DNA of 27,928 nucleotides from a virus (Duplodnaviria; Heunggongvirae; Uroviricota; Caudoviricetes): IMG/VR virus record IMGVR_UViG_638341082_000007, positions 1 to 27,928 of that record; one strand, 5' to 3'. Shown piece by piece: positions 25,846 to 27,928 of this stretch (position 1 is its first letter; each line of letters starts with the position of its first letter). The notes under the pieces were generated by a model. It saw only the letters and a program-made list of their open reading frames with translations, ran no database searches and was not told where the DNA came from. The position numbers and the translations under genes were made by a program.

Positions 25846-26123
25846 TCCTGAACTCTCCTGTCGAAATAAACGTAGTTATTCACTGTGCGCAACGGCATTC
25901 CAAATTTTCTGGCGATTTCTCTCCTGGGTACGCCACGCTGATGCAGCTGTCGCGCCAGTTCAATATCACTCTGTGGATATTTTGTTGACTGGTGATAATC
26001 ACCCCGTAACATCAGACTGACACCCAGTTCCCGCGCTTTCGTTCTGACAGCATCACCTGTACGACCGGTCAGCCTCCCAATGCTTTCGACCGTCATCGTT
26101 CCCGCACACTGACGGAGTATCAT
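25842..26123 (-). CDS. Small helix-turn-helix protein
   Basis: ORF 25842..26246; start taken at the ATG at 26121-26123 with GAGG RBS (93 aa); two HTH-like segments (ESIGRLTGRTGDAVRTKAREL and REIARKFGMPLRTVNNYV). Confidence 0.45.
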   Translation of the reverse strand: MILRQCAGTMTVESIGRLTGRTGDAVRTKARELGVSLMLRGDYHQSTKYPQSDIELARQLHQRGVPRREIARKFGMPLRTVNNYVYFDRRVQE

Positions 26124-26155
26124 GATTTCAGCCTCGTACCACTTCTTCCAGCCAC

Positions 26156-26917
26156 TCACCGCTGCAGCTCTCCGGTCGCGGTAATATCCCGAAGAATATC
26201 CCGGTGCTTGTTCAGCTCCCGCAGCGCGGCGCAGACTCGTTCCCACTTCTGGACATGACTTTTCGCCCGACGCAGTTCGAGGTTTGCCATATGCAGCGAT
26301 GGTAAAATCAGGTCATCCGCTCGCGTTTCAGTAAACGATGGCAGCGACTGCACAATGCCCGCTACAGTTTCTGTTTTAATTTCTTCCTGTGTTGCGGCTT
26401 CCCGGACTGGTAACGCAACACCTGCTGGCTGAGGAAAGGTCTTACCATCATTTTCCGTTACCGATGCTGCTTTCGGCTCTGCTGGTAAATTACCGCCCGG
26501 CATGCAGTAACGAAATTTACCGCTCTGATTAACGCGTGCCAGCCGCCCCGTTGCGGTTACCACCGCCAGCGTGGAAGCAACCTTGCGAGTACTGATGCCG
26601 AACTTACCCGCCAGTTCCTCACACGTTTTAGCCCCATCCTGACCGATAAACTCAATCATCATGTCTGCGGTAACTTTTTGTTCGACCTCCCCGGTCAGCA
26701 TATCCTGTGCTTCAGATTTTACTGGCCGCTCTTCGGTTACCAGGGATTCACTTTCGCCAGCCAGAAACCAGGTGTGACCAGTTTTATCAACGACGCCATT
26801 TCTTTTGAGTTCCCACAGCTCGTTGAGAACCTCTTCACGACTGATATCAAGTCGCGCGGCCAGTTCTACCGATGTGGCTTTTCCCATTGCTTTCAGTGCG
26901 TCAAAAACGGTTTCCAT
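26156..26917 (-). CDS. Prophage protein with N-terminal winged-helix domain (DUF1627-like)
   Basis: 253-aa ORF; N-terminus [43 protein letters not shown] is winged-helix like, with a second HTH-like segment in the middle; lies between replication and nin-like genes. Confidence 0.55.
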   Translation of the reverse strand: METVFDALKAMGKATSVELAARLDISREEVLNELWELKRNGVVDKTGHTWFLAGESESLVTEERPVKSEAQDMLTGEVEQKVTADMMIEFIGQDGAKTCEELAGKFGISTRKVASTLAVVTATGRLARVNQSGKFRYCMPGGNLPAEPKAASVTENDGKTFPQPAGVALPVREAATQEEIKTETVAGIVQSLPSFTETRADDLILPSLHMANLELRRAKSHVQKWERVCAALRELNKHRDILRDITATGELQR

Positions 26918-26938
26918 TAAAATTTCCTCCGGACAAAA

Positions 26939-27685
26939 TTACTTCACAACCCTCAGGTGTCTGACATTCGAACGCCAGCTCTCCCAGTTAAAATTCACCC
27001 AGCGACCACCGTTCATGACCATGCGGTCCATCACACGCTCGCCAAGAAGCGTACTCATCGCTACGTGGTTCAGGTTCGTCAGCATTCCGACACTACGCAT
27101 CGAAGCCGTTCTGCGGTCGACTATCTGGTTCAGTGTGACCTGCTCGTTGCGCGTATCCCGCTGCATTCCGATTTCATCCAGGACAAGCAGGTCAACATCA
27201 CACAACCCCTGTAAAAATTTTTCGCCTGAGTTTTTGTTGTCGTAGCTGTTGTGTAACGCCAGCATCACATCAGCCACCGTTATCACAATCACGCTGCGAC
27301 CTTTCGCCAGAAGATGATTGCCAATGGCGGCTGCAAGGTGGTTCTTTCCGGTACCCGGCTTACCGCTGAACACAAAATTCGTGCCCCCGGTCATCAGTTC
27401 GTCAGCGATGGATTTTGCCTGGCTCAGCGCGTGTTTTTGCCCGTCGTTCTGCACCTGATAATTCGCAAACGAGCATTTGCTGTGCAGAGGCTGGATGCCC
27501 GAACGATTCAGGATTTTTTCCACCCGCAACTGGCGATTCTGGCGGTTGATCTCCTCGCTACGTTTTCGCCCTTCTGCCAGTTGCCACTCGCGCCACTCGT
27601 CCACTGTCCGGTACGGCGCGATTACATGCTGCGGGGTCAGCTTACGGATACGCTCAAGAACACCACCTGTCGCGATATTTTTCAT
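26939..27685 (-). CDS. DnaC-like replicative helicase loader (AAA+ ATPase)
   Basis: 248-aa ORF with Walker A GKPGTGKNHLAAAIG and Walker B DLLVLDEIG; follows the partial O-like gene. Confidence 0.85.
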   Translation of the reverse strand: MKNIATGGVLERIRKLTPQHVIAPYRTVDEWREWQLAEGRKRSEEINRQNRQLRVEKILNRSGIQPLHSKCSFANYQVQNDGQKHALSQAKSIADELMTGGTNFVFSGKPGTGKNHLAAAIGNHLLAKGRSVIVITVADVMLALHNSYDNKNSGEKFLQGLCDVDLLVLDEIGMQRDTRNEQVTLNQIVDRRTASMRSVGMLTNLNHVAMSTLLGERVMDRMVMNGGRWVNFNWESWRSNVRHLRVVK

Positions 27686-27691
27686 GGCCCG

Positions 27692-27928
27692 TTACCCCCT
27701 GAANCCCGGCGGAATTTCGGTATCCGGCTCAGAAATATGATTCACACAACGCTGTACAGACGAACGCCCCAGGCGGATAACCAGTTCATCCCATTTTCCG
27801 CGAAGCTTTGACGGACTCATGATATTTTTTACCCAGAATGGATCCCGCTGCNCCCGACCAAACATTTCACAAATTTGTCTGTGAGTTCTGCCATCCAGCA
27901 TCCGCATTGTGCGCACGTCGTTGGCCCA
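27692..27928 (-). CDS. Replication initiation protein (O-like / primosomal), C-terminal part; 5' end lies outside the window
   Basis: Open frame running to the window edge, directly upstream of the DnaC-like gene; contains two n bases. Confidence 0.45.
   Translation of the reverse strand, partial: WANDVRTMRMLDGRTHRQICEMFGRXQRDPFWVKNIMSPSKLRGKWDELVIRLGRSSVQRCVNHISEPDTEIPPXFRG

Noticed and set aside
1-27928. CRISPR arrays, rRNA genes, insertion sequences or integrase/attachment sites
   Set aside because: No regularly spaced direct repeats, no rRNA-like segments, and no transposase or integrase-like ORFs were seen in the window.

Overview
This window reads as one enterobacterial lambdoid prophage segment, with essentially all genes on the minus strand, so the phage map runs from high to low coordinates. 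Calls rest on reading the supplied six-frame translations and the DNA by eye; no database search was run. Order: replication (partial O-like C-terminus, DnaC-like loader), nin-like small genes, a hok toxin locus, a YdfU-like gene, a Qin-type Q antiterminator with a candidate late promoter, then a roughly 3 kb mosaic cargo interval, a lysis cassette, and an HK97-type packaging and head module (HNH, TerS, TerL, portal, protease, major capsid, connectors). The tail is Mu/e14-like (sheath, hub, spike, gp46, J-like, gp48-like, fibers, Tfa), but the tube and tape-measure genes are missing, so the prophage is probably tail-defective. The most interesting region is the cargo interval between Q and the holin, the position occupied by stx in Stx phages. 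It holds three clustered tRNAs (Ile-CAU, Arg-UCG-like, Arg-UCU), a fourth AT-rich tRNA-Gly(CCC)-like element, an AT-rich gene for a small secreted two-cysteine protein on the opposite strand, a Gly/Trp/Tyr-rich membrane protein, an unknown 187-aa anchored protein and a TerB-like protein. Nine ambiguous bases (n) lie in the lysis region and near the window end. No CRISPR array, rRNA or IS element was seen.
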